Shown: positions 18,925-29,702 of the stretch, piece after piece
Numbering within the stretch: position 1 is the first letter of the stretch
How the letters are laid out: each line of letters opens with the position of its first letter
NCBI GenBank assembly: GCA_951812855.1
Contig: OX638337.1
Location: forward strand, 1,915,382-1,947,381
DNA: 32,000 nucleotides
From: an uncultured Lentisphaeria bacterium
GTDB lineage: Bacteria; Verrucomicrobiota; Lentisphaeria; JABSQK01; JAJFLO01
Reading direction: 5' to 3'
Notes under the pieces: model-generated
Database searches by the model: none
Told to the model about the DNA's origin: nothing
What the model saw: the letters and a program-made list of their open reading frames with translations, nothing else
Position numbers and translations under genes: made by a program

Positions 18925-21900
18925 TTAGGGGTTGTAACCCAGGCTTGGAGCTAACCAGCGTTCGGCTTCTGTAAGGTCCATTTTTTTGCGATTTGCATAA
19001 TCCTTAACCTGATCTTTATTTATCTTCCCTATACCAAAGTATTGAGAATCAGGGTGAGAGAAGTAAAGGCCGCTGACTGATGAAGCCGGCATCATTGCAA
19101 AACTCTCTGTAATGGAGATATCAATTGGTCCATCAGTATTTAGCAAATTGAACAGTGTTTGCTTTTCAGTATGATCCGGGCAGGCCGGGTATCCGGGGGC
19201 AGGGCGGATTCCCCGGTATTTTTCTTTGATTAACTCAACGTTAGACAACTCCTCATCTGAAGCATAACCCCAAAATTCTTTCCGCACACGTTCATGCATA
19301 TGTTCGGCAAATGCTTCAGCAAGACGATCTGCTAATACTTTAAGCATGATGGAATTATAGTCATCGTGATCTTCTTCGAATTTCTTTATATGGGTTTGAA
19401 TACCTAATCCTGTCGTGACGGCAAAGACGCCGAGATAGTCTTTAACTCCGGATTCTTTCGGAGCGATGAAATCTGCCAGGGACATATTGGCTTTATTGCC
19501 AGATTTTGACATGTTCTGACGTAAACAACAGAATGTTGTCAGTACATTGCTTCGGGTATCGTCAGTATATAATTCGATATCATCATCATTGATTGTATGT
19601 GCCGGATAAAAACCAACTGCAGCACTGGCATTCAACCATTTTTCACCAACGATTTTATCGAGCATCTTTTTAGCATGGTTAAACAATTTACCTGCTTCTT
19701 CCCGAGTTTCATCATTTTCCAGTATTTCAGGGTAGCGCCCTTTCATTTCCCAGGCACTGAAAAATGGTGACCAGTCAATTCGATCAAGGAGATTGTTCAG
19801 ATTGTAATCCCGGAATGATTTTAAACCCGTAAAATTCGGTGTTGTCGGAGTATAATCATTCCAGTCTATTTTGAATTTATTTGCTCTGGCTTGAGAAATT
19901 GTGAACCAATTATCTTTTGCTGTCTTTGATCTGTGTTTTTGACAGATATCGTTATATTCTTCCGCAATTTCAGATATATAACCTGCTTTTTTATCATTGC
20001 TTAACAGCTTGCCGACGACTCCGACAACTCGAGATGCATCCGGAACATATATTATGGGATGCTGATAGTTTGGTGAAATCTTGACTGCAGTGTGAACTTT
20101 TGACGTCGTAGCACCCCCAATCAATAATGGAATATCAAATCCCTCCCGTTTCATTTCACTGGCGTTATAACACATTTCATCAAGGGATGGAGTTATCAAT
20201 CCGCTCAGACCAATAATATCACAGTCCTCATCTCTGGCGACTTGAAGTATTTTTGAACATGAGACCATAACGCCAAGGTCGATAACCTCATAATTGTTAC
20301 ATTGCAGAACGACACCGACGATATTTTTCCCAATATCATGAACATCACCTTTCACGGTTGCCATGAGAATTTTTCCATTTGATTTCCTTTTTTCTTCACC
20401 TTCTGCAGTTTCAAAAAAAGGTTCCAGATAGGCAACTGATTTTTTCATTACACGAGCACTCTTAACAACCTGGGGGAGAAACATTTTTCCAGATCCAAAT
20501 AAATCACCGACAATATTCATGCCGTCCATGAGCGGTCCTTCAATAACATCAAGAGGTTTTTCGGATTGAGCTCTGGCTTCTTCTGTATCTTCAATAATGA
20601 ATTCGGTTATACCCCGGACCATCGAGTAGGCAATACGTTCATTGACAGGCTTATCACGCCACTCCAGATTTTCAACTTTTTGGGTCCCTTTGCTAACCAG
20701 TGATTCTGCGATTTCAAGAAGTTTTTCGGTTGCATCTTCACTTCGATTTAATACCAAATCTTCAACCAGACCACGCAGGTCTGCGGGAATATCGTCGTAG
20801 ACGGCCAATTGACCGGCGTTTACAATCCCCATATCCAACCCTTTTTGTATCGCATAATAGAGAAAAACAGAATGAATTGCTTCACGCAGTACATTATTGC
20901 CCCGAAATGAAAAAGAGAGGTTACTGATTCCTCCACTGAACTTGACATAAGGACATTGTTCTTTTATCTCAGAGAGTGCATCGATAAAATCAACAGCATA
21001 ATTGTTGTGCTCTTTAATACCTGTACCAATGGCAAATACATTCAGGTCAAAAATAATATCCTGAGGATTGAAACCAATTTTCTGTGTAAGAATTTTATAG
21101 GACCGAGAGCAGATCTCAACACGACGCTCTTTGGTATCGGCCTGTCCTTTTGTATCAAATGCCATAACGATAACTGCAGCCCCATATTTTTGTGCCAGTC
21201 CAGCCTGTTGGATGAAACTTTCTTCACCTTCTTTTAAGCTGATTGAGTTGACAACACATTTTCCCTGCACACATTTCAGACCGCTTTCAATGATTGACCA
21301 TTTTGATGAATCAATCATAACTGGTATTTTGGAAATATCAGGTTCAGCCATAACAAGATTGAGAAAGGTTGTCATCTCTTTATCCGAGTCTAACAGACCT
21401 TCATCCATATTCACGTCGATAATCTGAGCACCATTTTCAACCTGTTGTCTGGCAACCTCAAGTGCCTCTTCATAACTTCCTTCTTTGATCAATCGTGCAA
21501 ACTTACGTGAGCCCGTGACATTTGTCCGTTCGCCTATATTGACGAAGTTACTTCCCGGGAAAAGAGTAAATGGTTCTAAACCACTTAATGTTAAGAGGGG
21601 TGGAATTTCAGGTATTTGACGGGGCGGAATTGCCTTTACTGTTTCTGCTATCGCATTTATATGGTCAGGTGATGTGCCGCAGCACCCTCCGACGATATTT
21701 AATAAACCGCCGGCTGCAAATTCATTGAGCAGTTTGGCCATGTATTCAGGTGATTCATCATATTCACCAAATTCATTAGGCAGTCCCGCATTTGGGTGAG
21801 CACTTATAAATGTATTTGCAACCTTTGACAATTCTTCTATATGCGGACGCAGGTCTTTTGCACCCAGAGCACAGTTGAATCCAACACTGATTGGTTTGGC

Positions 21901-22614
21901 ATGTGCTAACGAGTTCCAAAATGCCGTAGGAGTCTGCCCTGTTAATGTTCTGCCGCTGGCATCTGTAATCGTACCCGAAATCATAATGGGCAGCGATATA
22001 TTATTGTCTTCAAAATATTGTAACACTGCAAAAACAGCTGCCTTGGCATTTAAGGTATCAAAAACTGTTTCTATGAGAATAATATCTGCACCGCCTTCAA
22101 CTAATCCATTAGTTGCAACAGTATAAGCCTCTGCTAATTCGTCAAAATTTACATTGCGAAATCCCGGGTTGTTGACGTCGGGTGAAATTGATGCAGTCTG
22201 ATTTGTTGGACCGATTACACCGGCAACAAACCGAGGTTTTTCGGGAGTTTTTTCCTGAATTTTATACGCTGCTTCATTCGCTATTTTTGCACCTTCATAG
22301 TTGAGTTCATAGGCCAGATCTTCCATACCATAGTCAGCCATTGCAATCGAGGTAGCGTTAAAGGTATTTGTTTCAAGAATATCTGCTCCGGCGTCAAGGT
22401 ATGCAGCATGTATATCTGAAATGATCTGAGGCTGAGTCAGATTTAAGAGATCATTATTTCCTTTTAGATCAGATGGGTGATCGGCAAATCGGGTTCCCCG
22501 ATAATCCTCTTCCTCGAGCTTATAGTTTTGAATCATCGTTCCCATTGCACCATCAAGAATCAAGATACGATTCGTTAACAGGGCGGTAATTATTTGTCGT
22601 ACGTTTTTTTGCAT
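18925..22614 (-). CDS. metH: Cobalamin-dependent methionine synthase
   Basis: 1229 aa. Homocysteine-binding domain (LDGAMGT, GGCCGT), pterin-binding domain, B12-binding DxHxxG motif (GDVHDIGKN), and a C-terminal AdoMet reactivation domain ([12 protein letters not shown]). Confidence 0.95.
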   Translation of the reverse strand: MQKNVRQIITALLTNRILILDGAMGTMIQNYKLEEEDYRGTRFADHPSDLKGNNDLLNLTQPQIISDIHAAYLDAGADILETNTFNATSIAMADYGMEDLAYELNYEGAKIANEAAYKIQEKTPEKPRFVAGVIGPTNQTASISPDVNNPGFRNVNFDELAEAYTVATNGLVEGGADIILIETVFDTLNAKAAVFAVLQYFEDNNISLPIMISGTITDASGRTLTGQTPTAFWNSLAHAKPISVGFNCALGAKDLRPHIEELSKVANTFISAHPNAGLPNEFGEYDESPEYMAKLLNEFAAGGLLNIVGGCCGTSPDHINAIAETVKAIPPRQIPEIPPLLTLSGLEPFTLFPGSNFVNIGERTNVTGSRKFARLIKEGSYEEALEVARQQVENGAQIIDVNMDEGLLDSDKEMTTFLNLVMAEPDISKIPVMIDSSKWSIIESGLKCVQGKCVVNSISLKEGEESFIQQAGLAQKYGAAVIVMAFDTKGQADTKERRVEICSRSYKILTQKIGFNPQDIIFDLNVFAIGTGIKEHNNYAVDFIDALSEIKEQCPYVKFSGGISNLSFSFRGNNVLREAIHSVFLYYAIQKGLDMGIVNAGQLAVYDDIPADLRGLVEDLVLNRSEDATEKLLEIAESLVSKGTQKVENLEWRDKPVNERIAYSMVRGITEFIIEDTEEARAQSEKPLDVIEGPLMDGMNIVGDLFGSGKMFLPQVVKSARVMKKSVAYLEPFFETAEGEEKRKSNGKILMATVKGDVHDIGKNIVGVVLQCNNYEVIDLGVMVSCSKILQVARDEDCDIIGLSGLITPSLDEMCYNASEMKREGFDIPLLIGGATTSKVHTAVKISPNYQHPIIYVPDASRVVGVVGKLLSNDKKAGYISEIAEEYNDICQKHRSKTAKDNWFTISQARANKFKIDWNDYTPTTPNFTGLKSFRDYNLNNLLDRIDWSPFFSAWEMKGRYPEILENDETREEAGKLFNHAKKMLDKIVGEKWLNASAAVGFYPAHTINDDDIELYTDDTRSNVLTTFCCLRQNMSKSGNKANMSLADFIAPKESGVKDYLGVFAVTTGLGIQTHIKKFEEDHDDYNSIMLKVLADRLAEAFAEHMHERVRKEFWGYASDEELSNVELIKEKYRGIRPAPGYPACPDHTEKQTLFNLLNTDGPIDISITESFAMMPASSVSGLYFSHPDSQYFGIGKINKDQVKDYANRKKMDLTEAERWLAPSLGYNP

Positions 22615-22814
22615 AACAGTATCAATGATATTTTGGTTTAAGCGTAGTCGTATCCAAGGCTGGAAGGAATCTAAAAATTATATAACGATTCTGTAAAAAA
22701 TTAAATCTGCTCAATAATAATTCTCAATAAATAAGTTTCAAGACTTGTCTATAAAAGTGTTGATGATAGAGTTTTTTTGCATCTCAAATTAAAAATCGGA
22801 GGAATAATTTCGAT

Positions 22815-25800
22815 ATGGCGGACAGTGAAAAAATAATACAGTATATAAACTTAAAATTATCAATGCTGGGTGCTCCGGCTTATGGAGAAAAACAGACAGG
22901 TGAATTTGCTGAAATGGCTCGATCGTTACTGTTTAATATTCAAGAGAAAAACAGACTTCTGGCAGAATATCTTTGTCCTGTAGACTACCGGATAAAAAAG
23001 TTTCTGAATACTTATTTTGGTGATGAGCTTGCAGACTCTGAACTCCGGTTGCCTGAACAAACATTTATTCTCGATCAGCCTGGATTAGCTCGTATGCTGT
23101 CATTACCGCCCAATCGCGATAAATTTGAATCTGATATCGTAAATTCTTATCGAATTCGACAAGGTGTACTTCATAATCCCAAGCATGATCGACGTACAAC
23201 AAAAGGAGTATTCCATATTGTAGAAGGTGGAATGGCGATACCTGCCGATAAAAAATCAGTTCCCAAAATTGTTTTCGTAAGATTGTTCGATAAAGCAATG
23301 AATCCGCCAAAACAATTGATGCGCTTACCATTTACATCATCACAACGAAATGAAGCGTATGTTTTTGTTTCGTTATACCAGAGACCGATTATTTGTCCGG
23401 AGGTAACCGGGTATCATCCGGAAATATCGATGGAAACTCGATTTATTGTTCCTGGAAGTCTGGTTAGCAACCTTGATTTTGTTGAATCAATATTTGGTAA
23501 TGCAGGTGATCCCTATCTCCCGGAAAATGATGCAGGGCTGGATGTTGAGCACTGGGGAGGACATACCGGATGTATTATTTTGGCACCTCATTTGATTTAT
23601 TTGACTAAAAAGGACGTTGGATTACCTCACGAACGTGACGCAACTGATCTGCAAAAGAGAGATGGTATGTGTTGGCGAGATGAATCTGAATTATACAATG
23701 ACGGATTGCCGTTTAAGTTAACATGCCGTGATGAAAATGGCGTCATTGTTACGCTTATTGCTGACAACTATTTTGGATATTCCAAGAAAGAAATTAAAAC
23801 ACAAATCAGTTATTCAGCAAATTTATACGGAAATAGTGAAGAAGAACACTCTGGTGGTGCGATTGCATTTCCGAGTTATGATCTCGGTGATGATTTTAGT
23901 GTTCCAATCCATTTGCAGAATGTAAATCACACCTTTGCAGAGGTTGTCCGGCTTTACTCCGATATTATGGACCTGCAGCCGGAAGGCTATGGAATTGATA
24001 AGATAAAGAAGAGTATTGTTTATGTTCCTGAAACCGCTGTTTTTCATCTATATAAACAGCAGGTCTGCTGGGAAAAGGATAAGACTCAACAAATTATCCG
24101 GCTTACTACAGATAAGACCTATGTTTTACCGTCAGGCTACAAAGTTCGGTTGACTAAAGGTACCAGTAAAAAGCGTTGGCGTCTCATAGGAACAACAGCC
24201 GAAGGTACATTTTGCCATAAACCGTCGACAGTTTCAGGCGGGGGGAAATCTGAAATTTCAAAATCTATTGCTGACGCATTCAAACATGGTCCAATTTTTG
24301 TTGCGGATATTGAAAAGGACTTTGATCATGTAGAAGAGATACTGAAGCAGAATTTTAAGAAGCGTTTTACGAAAAAATCCGGAAAAAAGGCGACAAAACG
24401 ATTGGTTCTCAGCAAGGAACGTACGCTGGGATCCGTAATAAAATTGCTGTCACCATCTGAAGATTATACCAAAAATTACAACGAATGGCTTGGTACAATA
24501 CCAAAGCATGTACGCGAATTGGTATTTGTATTAAAGCAATATTATCGACCCGAGTGGGGAGCGAGTTGGCGAGAACATTTCAGTGTCGATATTATTAATG
24601 GATCACCGGGATATGAATTAAAATATAATAATCAGAATTTAATTACAAATTGTCTGAGAGTCGGTCATTCAGCCGATGGTTCATTACGAATCTTCGGGCT
24701 GAGACGCGATTTCAGTCCATCAACAAAACTTCAGATGGAAGATGATATAACCGTATCATTAACCGTGCCGGGAAACAGTGTCGAAAATTTGAATCCGCAT
24801 TATCATAATGAAAGCGTGAAATTTGTCATAAATTGTGAAAATAAATTCTTCCAGCGGCCCGACGATGCAATTCATAAAGGTTATGATAAACAGGCAGAAA
24901 GAGATCTGACCCAACCGGGTAATTTTATATCCAATTTTCAGCCGCTCACTCATGACGATGTAAAAAAAATCCTTCAAAATTCAATTGGATTTGATGAATA
25001 TTCCCTCCCTATGAAAAATTTTATTCGTACTTATAATGTTGAGGCCACTCCAAATTATATCGTCAGTTCATCAAAACCCAGAATTGTTAATGGCACTGTA
25101 ACAAAAAATCCGCGTTATCTACAAACACGACCTGATTTGGTCGACGATTTCCCAGGTTATCTCGCTGAAATCGGTATTCGGTTTTATCGTCGCATTCCAC
25201 TTGAGAAACCCGTCCATACTCCAATAAATGCTGTTTTGCCCGGGAGACGTAATAATCCCCCCGACCTGGAAGCCGGGATTCGTCCTATTGCAGTTTTTAA
25301 TCCAATTCACTATATGGAATTACCGGAATTATTTATTGAATTCATTTGCAGTATGACGGGGAAATCACCCTCTACCACCGGTGCAGGTTCTGAAGGTGCT
25401 TTAACGAAAGCTCCATTTAATGCTCTGTTACCGATAATCGATCTTAATAATGCGTTGGTTTCTTATATCCTTACTGACTACGATTGTTTTATTACAGCTG
25501 CGGGTTATGTGGGACCTCATTATCAGGTTGATCATGACATCAGTCTGCTCATTCCGGAAATTTGGTGTCGTATTCCAGTTGATGAGCGTGATCCGAAATT
25601 TTTGATAAAAAATGAGTATCTTGAAAAATGTACTGATTTCGAGCATAAAGGTAAAACTGTATATGCCAGTCGGCTGGGGTATCGAATTACATCAAAATTT
25701 GTTAATTCTTTCCTTAGTTTGGTATTTAATAATCCCAGTTCAGTATTTCGAGAACCGATGCTTAAACCGGAAATTCAGGATCTGGATATTTTTGCCGAGG

Positions 25801-26240
25801 GTATGGATAATATTATGTCTACGCATAAACGTGTTGCATCATTGTATTTTGAAGACGGTGGAATCGATAGAGCATGTCCGCCACTGCAGGCATTATTATA
25901 TGTTATGCGCGACGGTTTATTTGAGGGAAATAGTCTCGACCATCCTGGAATAAGGCGGTTATTTACACGAGACTATCTGCTAAACAGTGATTGGTATAAT
26001 GATCGACTGAAAGCTAAGCAGGCTATAGATAAGGCACTGTGGAAGAAACACCTTCAATATCTGCAGGAATTTTCCAGAAAAAAGAGTTATCGATCAGAAG
26101 CAAAACGCTTAAAAATAAAAGATCGACTGGAAATGGCTCAGAAAAAACTTCAATTCGTTAGCAGTAAGCGATATCTCAAGTCTTTACAAGGGACTATAGG
26201 TGCGGATATTATCAGGGGGACTAAGGCACGTAAAAAGTAA
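22815..26240 (+). CDS. Large conserved cytoplasmic protein; tentatively a PPi-dependent phosphoenolpyruvate carboxykinase family member
   Basis: An uninterrupted 1141-aa ORF with GGAGG at 22798-22802, so the CDS itself is near certain. The functional call rests on size (about 130 kDa, like described PPi-PEPCKs), a P-loop-like 'STVSGGGKSEISKS', and blocks that I recall only from memory as belonging to that family (NPKHDRRTTKGVFH, GNAGDPYLPENDA, ADNYFGYSKKE). Not verified by any search. Confidence 0.45.
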   Translation: MADSEKIIQYINLKLSMLGAPAYGEKQTGEFAEMARSLLFNIQEKNRLLAEYLCPVDYRIKKFLNTYFGDELADSELRLPEQTFILDQPGLARMLSLPPNRDKFESDIVNSYRIRQGVLHNPKHDRRTTKGVFHIVEGGMAIPADKKSVPKIVFVRLFDKAMNPPKQLMRLPFTSSQRNEAYVFVSLYQRPIICPEVTGYHPEISMETRFIVPGSLVSNLDFVESIFGNAGDPYLPENDAGLDVEHWGGHTGCIILAPHLIYLTKKDVGLPHERDATDLQKRDGMCWRDESELYNDGLPFKLTCRDENGVIVTLIADNYFGYSKKEIKTQISYSANLYGNSEEEHSGGAIAFPSYDLGDDFSVPIHLQNVNHTFAEVVRLYSDIMDLQPEGYGIDKIKKSIVYVPETAVFHLYKQQVCWEKDKTQQIIRLTTDKTYVLPSGYKVRLTKGTSKKRWRLIGTTAEGTFCHKPSTVSGGGKSEISKSIADAFKHGPIFVADIEKDFDHVEEILKQNFKKRFTKKSGKKATKRLVLSKERTLGSVIKLLSPSEDYTKNYNEWLGTIPKHVRELVFVLKQYYRPEWGASWREHFSVDIINGSPGYELKYNNQNLITNCLRVGHSADGSLRIFGLRRDFSPSTKLQMEDDITVSLTVPGNSVENLNPHYHNESVKFVINCENKFFQRPDDAIHKGYDKQAERDLTQPGNFISNFQPLTHDDVKKILQNSIGFDEYSLPMKNFIRTYNVEATPNYIVSSSKPRIVNGTVTKNPRYLQTRPDLVDDFPGYLAEIGIRFYRRIPLEKPVHTPINAVLPGRRNNPPDLEAGIRPIAVFNPIHYMELPELFIEFICSMTGKSPSTTGAGSEGALTKAPFNALLPIIDLNNALVSYILTDYDCFITAAGYVGPHYQVDHDISLLIPEIWCRIPVDERDPKFLIKNEYLEKCTDFEHKGKTVYASRLGYRITSKFVNSFLSLVFNNPSSVFREPMLKPEIQDLDIFAEGMDNIMSTHKRVASLYFEDGGIDRACPPLQALLYVMRDGLFEGNSLDHPGIRRLFTRDYLLNSDWYNDRLKAKQAIDKALWKKHLQYLQEFSRKKSYRSEAKRLKIKDRLEMAQKKLQFVSSKRYLKSLQGTIGADIIRGTKARKK

Positions 26241-26356
26241 GAACCAATGTGTAACCTGTACAAAAAATTGACTGATTTGAGTCATAAAATCAAGAGGTTG
26301 AGTTTTTCCAATTCGCTCATTATAAATAACATCCATCATTTTTGTTTTAAATTCAT

Positions 26357-27409
26357 ATGAAAATCGCTGTACTTTTGTCCGGGGGTGTTGACAGTTCAGT
26401 TGCACTTCATTTATTAAAGCAGGTAAAGAACAATGACATTACGGCATTTTACCTAAAAATTTGGTTGGAAGATGAATTAGCATTTCTCGGTGATTGTCCG
26501 TGGGAAACTGATTTAGACTATGCCCGTGAAGTCTGTGCTAATGCCGGGGTTCCACTCAAAATACTGCCTTTCCAATCTCAGTATCAAAAAGCAATTGTAG
26601 AATATACTCTGGCTGAGCTCAGGGCAGGAAGAACACCGAGTCCGGATATTTTGTGTAATCAGAATATAAAATTTGGTGAATTTTATAAAGAAATTAATAA
26701 CAGCTTTAGTAAAGTGGCAACAGGTCATTACGCTCAGATTGAACAGAAAAATAATTATTATTTACTTAAATGCAGCTCGGACCCCGTAAAGGACCAGACT
26801 TATTTTTTATCGAGTTTATTCCAAACCCAGCTGGCACGTGCATTATTTCCAATCGGACATCTCCTGAAGCAGGATGTCAGAAAGCTTGCCCGAGAGTTTA
26901 ATTTACCAAATCAAGATCGGAAAGACAGCCAGGGTTTATGTTTTCTTGGAAAAATTAAATATAATGAATTTGTCAAGTTTCACCTGGGCAGTGTCGTTGG
27001 TGATATTGTAGAAATCGAATCAAATAAAACTTTGGGAAACCATAACGGATATTGGTATTACACGATTGGTCAGCGTCAGGGTCTTGAGTTAAGTGGAGGT
27101 CCCTGGTATGTCGTTAAAAAAGATATTGAAGAAAACAAGATTTTTGTGTCACACCAAAGCAACTTTGTGACAAAGGCCAGAGATGAGTTTTATGTCCATA
27201 AAATCCACTGGATTACCGATGAACCTAAAAACTCAAATACACGGTTAAAGCTTCGACATGGACCTGAATTCATTCAGTGTGAATTGATCCGGACGGAATG
27301 CGATAAATATCGGGTTAAGATGGTCAAAACAGATACGGGAATCGCTTCGGGACAGTCTGCAGTTTTTTATCAGGACAGTTACTGCCTTGGCCGTGGAGTT
27401 ATAGAGTGA
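26357..27409 (+). CDS. mnmA: tRNA-specific 2-thiouridylase
   Basis: 350 aa. N-terminal PP-loop 'VLLSGGVDSS', 'ATGHYA', 'KDQTYFL', 'DSQGLCF' and a C-terminal 'GQSAVFY'. These are classic MnmA blocks. Confidence 0.95.
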   Translation: MKIAVLLSGGVDSSVALHLLKQVKNNDITAFYLKIWLEDELAFLGDCPWETDLDYAREVCANAGVPLKILPFQSQYQKAIVEYTLAELRAGRTPSPDILCNQNIKFGEFYKEINNSFSKVATGHYAQIEQKNNYYLLKCSSDPVKDQTYFLSSLFQTQLARALFPIGHLLKQDVRKLAREFNLPNQDRKDSQGLCFLGKIKYNEFVKFHLGSVVGDIVEIESNKTLGNHNGYWYYTIGQRQGLELSGGPWYVVKKDIEENKIFVSHQSNFVTKARDEFYVHKIHWITDEPKNSNTRLKLRHGPEFIQCELIRTECDKYRVKMVKTDTGIASGQSAVFYQDSYCLGRGVIE

Positions 27410-27505
27410 TTATTAAAATTGAATTATTCGCAATAGACTAAATAAGACTCTCGTTTTGTTGACCAGAATCTAATTAATTTATTGTTCAATTTTCAATATA
27501 AATTT

Positions 27506-28177
27506 CTATTCCAGAAGCGTACTGACATGAACATAATAACCACGAAATAATTTACTGAATTCGTTTTCGAGTTTCCGGGATCCCAGGAAATTTTTTCGAA
27601 GTTCGGTATATTCTTTAACAGGGAAATCGAGTGAATACAGAATATCCCCTGAAGTCTGCATAAAAGCAAGAAAGACAAGTGTTTCGTTATCCGATGATCC
27701 AAAGTCGAATAATAAGTCCATTTGTGTTGGATCAAGATCCCTGGAATGATGAAAAAGTTGATACTTTATGTATTCAATTATGCGGTCATCAAGCCTCTTT
27801 TGATGAAGTTTTATCTTTTCAATTAAATCCTTCCGGCACAGGGTCAGTCGGCAAACCGGTTTTTCTTTTTCGGAAAGATTAGCAAACATATTGCCGTAAA
27901 TTTCATCCATAAATCCTAATGCTTCCGACACCGTTTCGTTTGTTCCGGAACTATGATAATATGTAACATATTGATTTTCGTCATCCCGATATACCATTGG
28001 CGTGTCATAGAGAAAGTCTTTATGACATGATGGACAGGAAAACCTGTTGAGATTTCCCTTAATCAATGCATGCAGCTCATCGGTATTTTCCCGGATTGTA
28101 AATACAGGATTAATGAGCATTTCGCTTTTGCAGGACGGGCAGTTGAGCTTTTGCGAACTATCGCCGTTATTTCGCAT
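27506..28177 (-). CDS. CpXC-type zinc-ribbon domain protein, function unknown
   Basis: 223 aa with an N-terminal CPSC...(about 37 aa)...CPSC pair, as in the CpXC domain. The rest is unrecognised. Confidence 0.5.
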   Translation of the reverse strand: MRNNGDSSQKLNCPSCKSEMLINPVFTIRENTDELHALIKGNLNRFSCPSCHKDFLYDTPMVYRDDENQYVTYYHSSGTNETVSEALGFMDEIYGNMFANLSEKEKPVCRLTLCRKDLIEKIKLHQKRLDDRIIEYIKYQLFHHSRDLDPTQMDLLFDFGSSDNETLVFLAFMQTSGDILYSLDFPVKEYTELRKNFLGSRKLENEFSKLFRGYYVHVSTLLE

Positions 28178-28354
28178 AATAATTATAATATTGGATAGTC
28201 GTTGGTGTCTTGTTAAACGGTAAAAGACGTCTCAGGTAATTTTCAGTTTTATGATTGAACTGAGGTATCATAATATTGTAACTTATAATTGTCCAAATAA
28301 TTATTCTCATATACCTGACCGTTAACCGAACAATGATTGCTGAGATTCCTCGAT

Positions 28355-29104
28355 ATGACAAAACGTTTTATTTGTGAAACGATACCTGAAATCAGTAAGA
28401 GCATTGTGCTCTCAGATACAGATTCTCATCATTTACAAAACGTTTTGAGGGGAACGATAGGTGATGAAATTGAAATACTTGACGGGAACGGGACTATTGC
28501 AGAATCTGTAATCATAGATTTTAGAAAAAAATCACGTAAATCTCAGGTCATCTGTCGTATTAACCGGAAAAAAATTCAGAATCCGCCAAATCCAAAATTA
28601 AATCTTGTTATCGCATTACCAAAACAAAAGGTTTTGAGTCAAATCATTCGTCAGGCGGCCCAACTCGGTGTTTGGAGAATTCAACCGGTAACAACACACT
28701 ATTCTGTGGTGAATCCCGAGTCGTTTAGTTCCTCCAGACATCGCATTGATGTCTGGGAGTCCTCTAAGCAATCTGGAAATCCCTATTTCCCGATTATAGA
28801 AGAGCCTGTCAATTTTGAGAATGCTATCAAACAGGCTGAGGGTGTTGGGTATGTTGGTTTGGTAATGAATAAGACAGAATCAAAAAATAAGGGATCGGTT
28901 AATTTATTTGAAGGGAGTAAAAGGTCTTCTGCAGAGAACTTAATTGATTTATGGATTGGTCCGGAAGGAGGATTCTCTGATCATGAACACGAACTCTTAG
29001 ATAAGTTCAACAGGATTCCTATTTCAGTCGGAGACCACATCCTGCGAGTTGAAACAGCGGTTGTTGCATGCGTTAGTTTACTGACAGTTTTATTTAATAA
29101 ATAA
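28355..29104 (+). CDS. rsmE: 16S rRNA (uracil1498-N3)-methyltransferase
   Basis: The ORF opens at TTG 28337, but the in-frame ATG at 28355 (MTKRFICE..) is the more likely start. 'SHHLQNVLR' sits near the N-terminus, and the SPOUT C-terminal block 'IGPEGGFSDHE...LGxxILRxETA' is present (WIGPEGGFSDHEHELL...GDHILRVETA). Confidence 0.85.
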   Translation: MTKRFICETIPEISKSIVLSDTDSHHLQNVLRGTIGDEIEILDGNGTIAESVIIDFRKKSRKSQVICRINRKKIQNPPNPKLNLVIALPKQKVLSQIIRQAAQLGVWRIQPVTTHYSVVNPESFSSSRHRIDVWESSKQSGNPYFPIIEEPVNFENAIKQAEGVGYVGLVMNKTESKNKGSVNLFEGSKRSSAENLIDLWIGPEGGFSDHEHELLDKFNRIPISVGDHILRVETAVVACVSLLTVLFNK

Positions 29105-29134
29105 ATTTTACCCCCGGCGTCCATCCATTGTGTT

Positions 29135-29440
29135 TTAGCCGGCCAATATACTTTTTTGCGTCCTGATTTGTGGCAGAGCACCGTTTTTTCCTAATGTTTC
29201 AAGTCGATGTTTTGCACACAATTTAACAGTTGTGCTAAAATCAGGAATAATACATTCCACAATGAGTTTGATATTTTTTAATTCTGATATCTCAGTACAC
29301 TGCAAATCCGGATCCGGATATTTAGACTGGAACTTCTCCGGTATATTCATCAACGCGAATTTAATTTCGGCTGCTTTCCGCACAGATTCATCGGTATCGT
29401 TTTGATGAATCGATACTATATAATTCTTATTGCGAATCAA
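29135..29440 (-). CDS. Hypothetical protein (TTG start); possibly the 3' part of a frameshifted gene
   Basis: 101-codon ORF with a TTG start and no recognisable ribosome-binding site. The upstream 56-codon open frame (29607..29440, stop at 29439-29437) ends by overlapping this start. No family recognised. Confidence 0.3.
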   Translation of the reverse strand: MIRNKNYIVSIHQNDTDESVRKAAEIKFALMNIPEKFQSKYPDPDLQCTEISELKNIKLIVECIIPDFSTTVKLCAKHRLETLGKNGALPQIRTQKSILAG

Positions 29441-29702
29441 TCCGACTCAGTGTTCTCGTCAGGCTGAATGAGAAACGATTTTTGGTAATACTGATCATCA
29501 ATCTTTATGCAGAATGGTCGACGAACATGCAGAACTGCGAGTTGTTTCAGAGGCAATTCCGGGTCATCATATAATTTTCGCAGGTTGCCGGTACCTGAAT
29601 GCAGTGGCTATGGTACTGCAGGCATAATTGAAATACACCCAATTGGCAGTATTAACGTAAAGAAAATGATGAATGAATCTCTAATCATTTACGATGATTT
29701 CC

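Noticed and set aside
22615-22814. Possible riboswitch (SAM, SAH or B12) in the metH 5' leader and the divergent promoter region
   Set aside because: The 200-bp region is shared by two divergent genes, is AT-rich, and shows none of the conserved riboswitch cores or extended pairing that I could recognise.
14722-25953. Short ORFs nested in or antisense to clpC, metH and the 1141-aa gene (for example 14722..14904-, 15343..15797-, 20700..22126+, 23065..25953 on both strands)
   Set aside because: They are embedded in long, motif-rich CDSs on the other strand or in another frame. These are typical spurious frames.
26184-28361. Minus-strand ORFs 26184..26405, 26513..26728, 27493..27735 and 28167..28361, and plus-strand ORF 27679..27882
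   Set aside because: They overlap the ends or interiors of the 1141-aa gene, mnmA, the CpXC gene or the rsmE start, and have no independent support.
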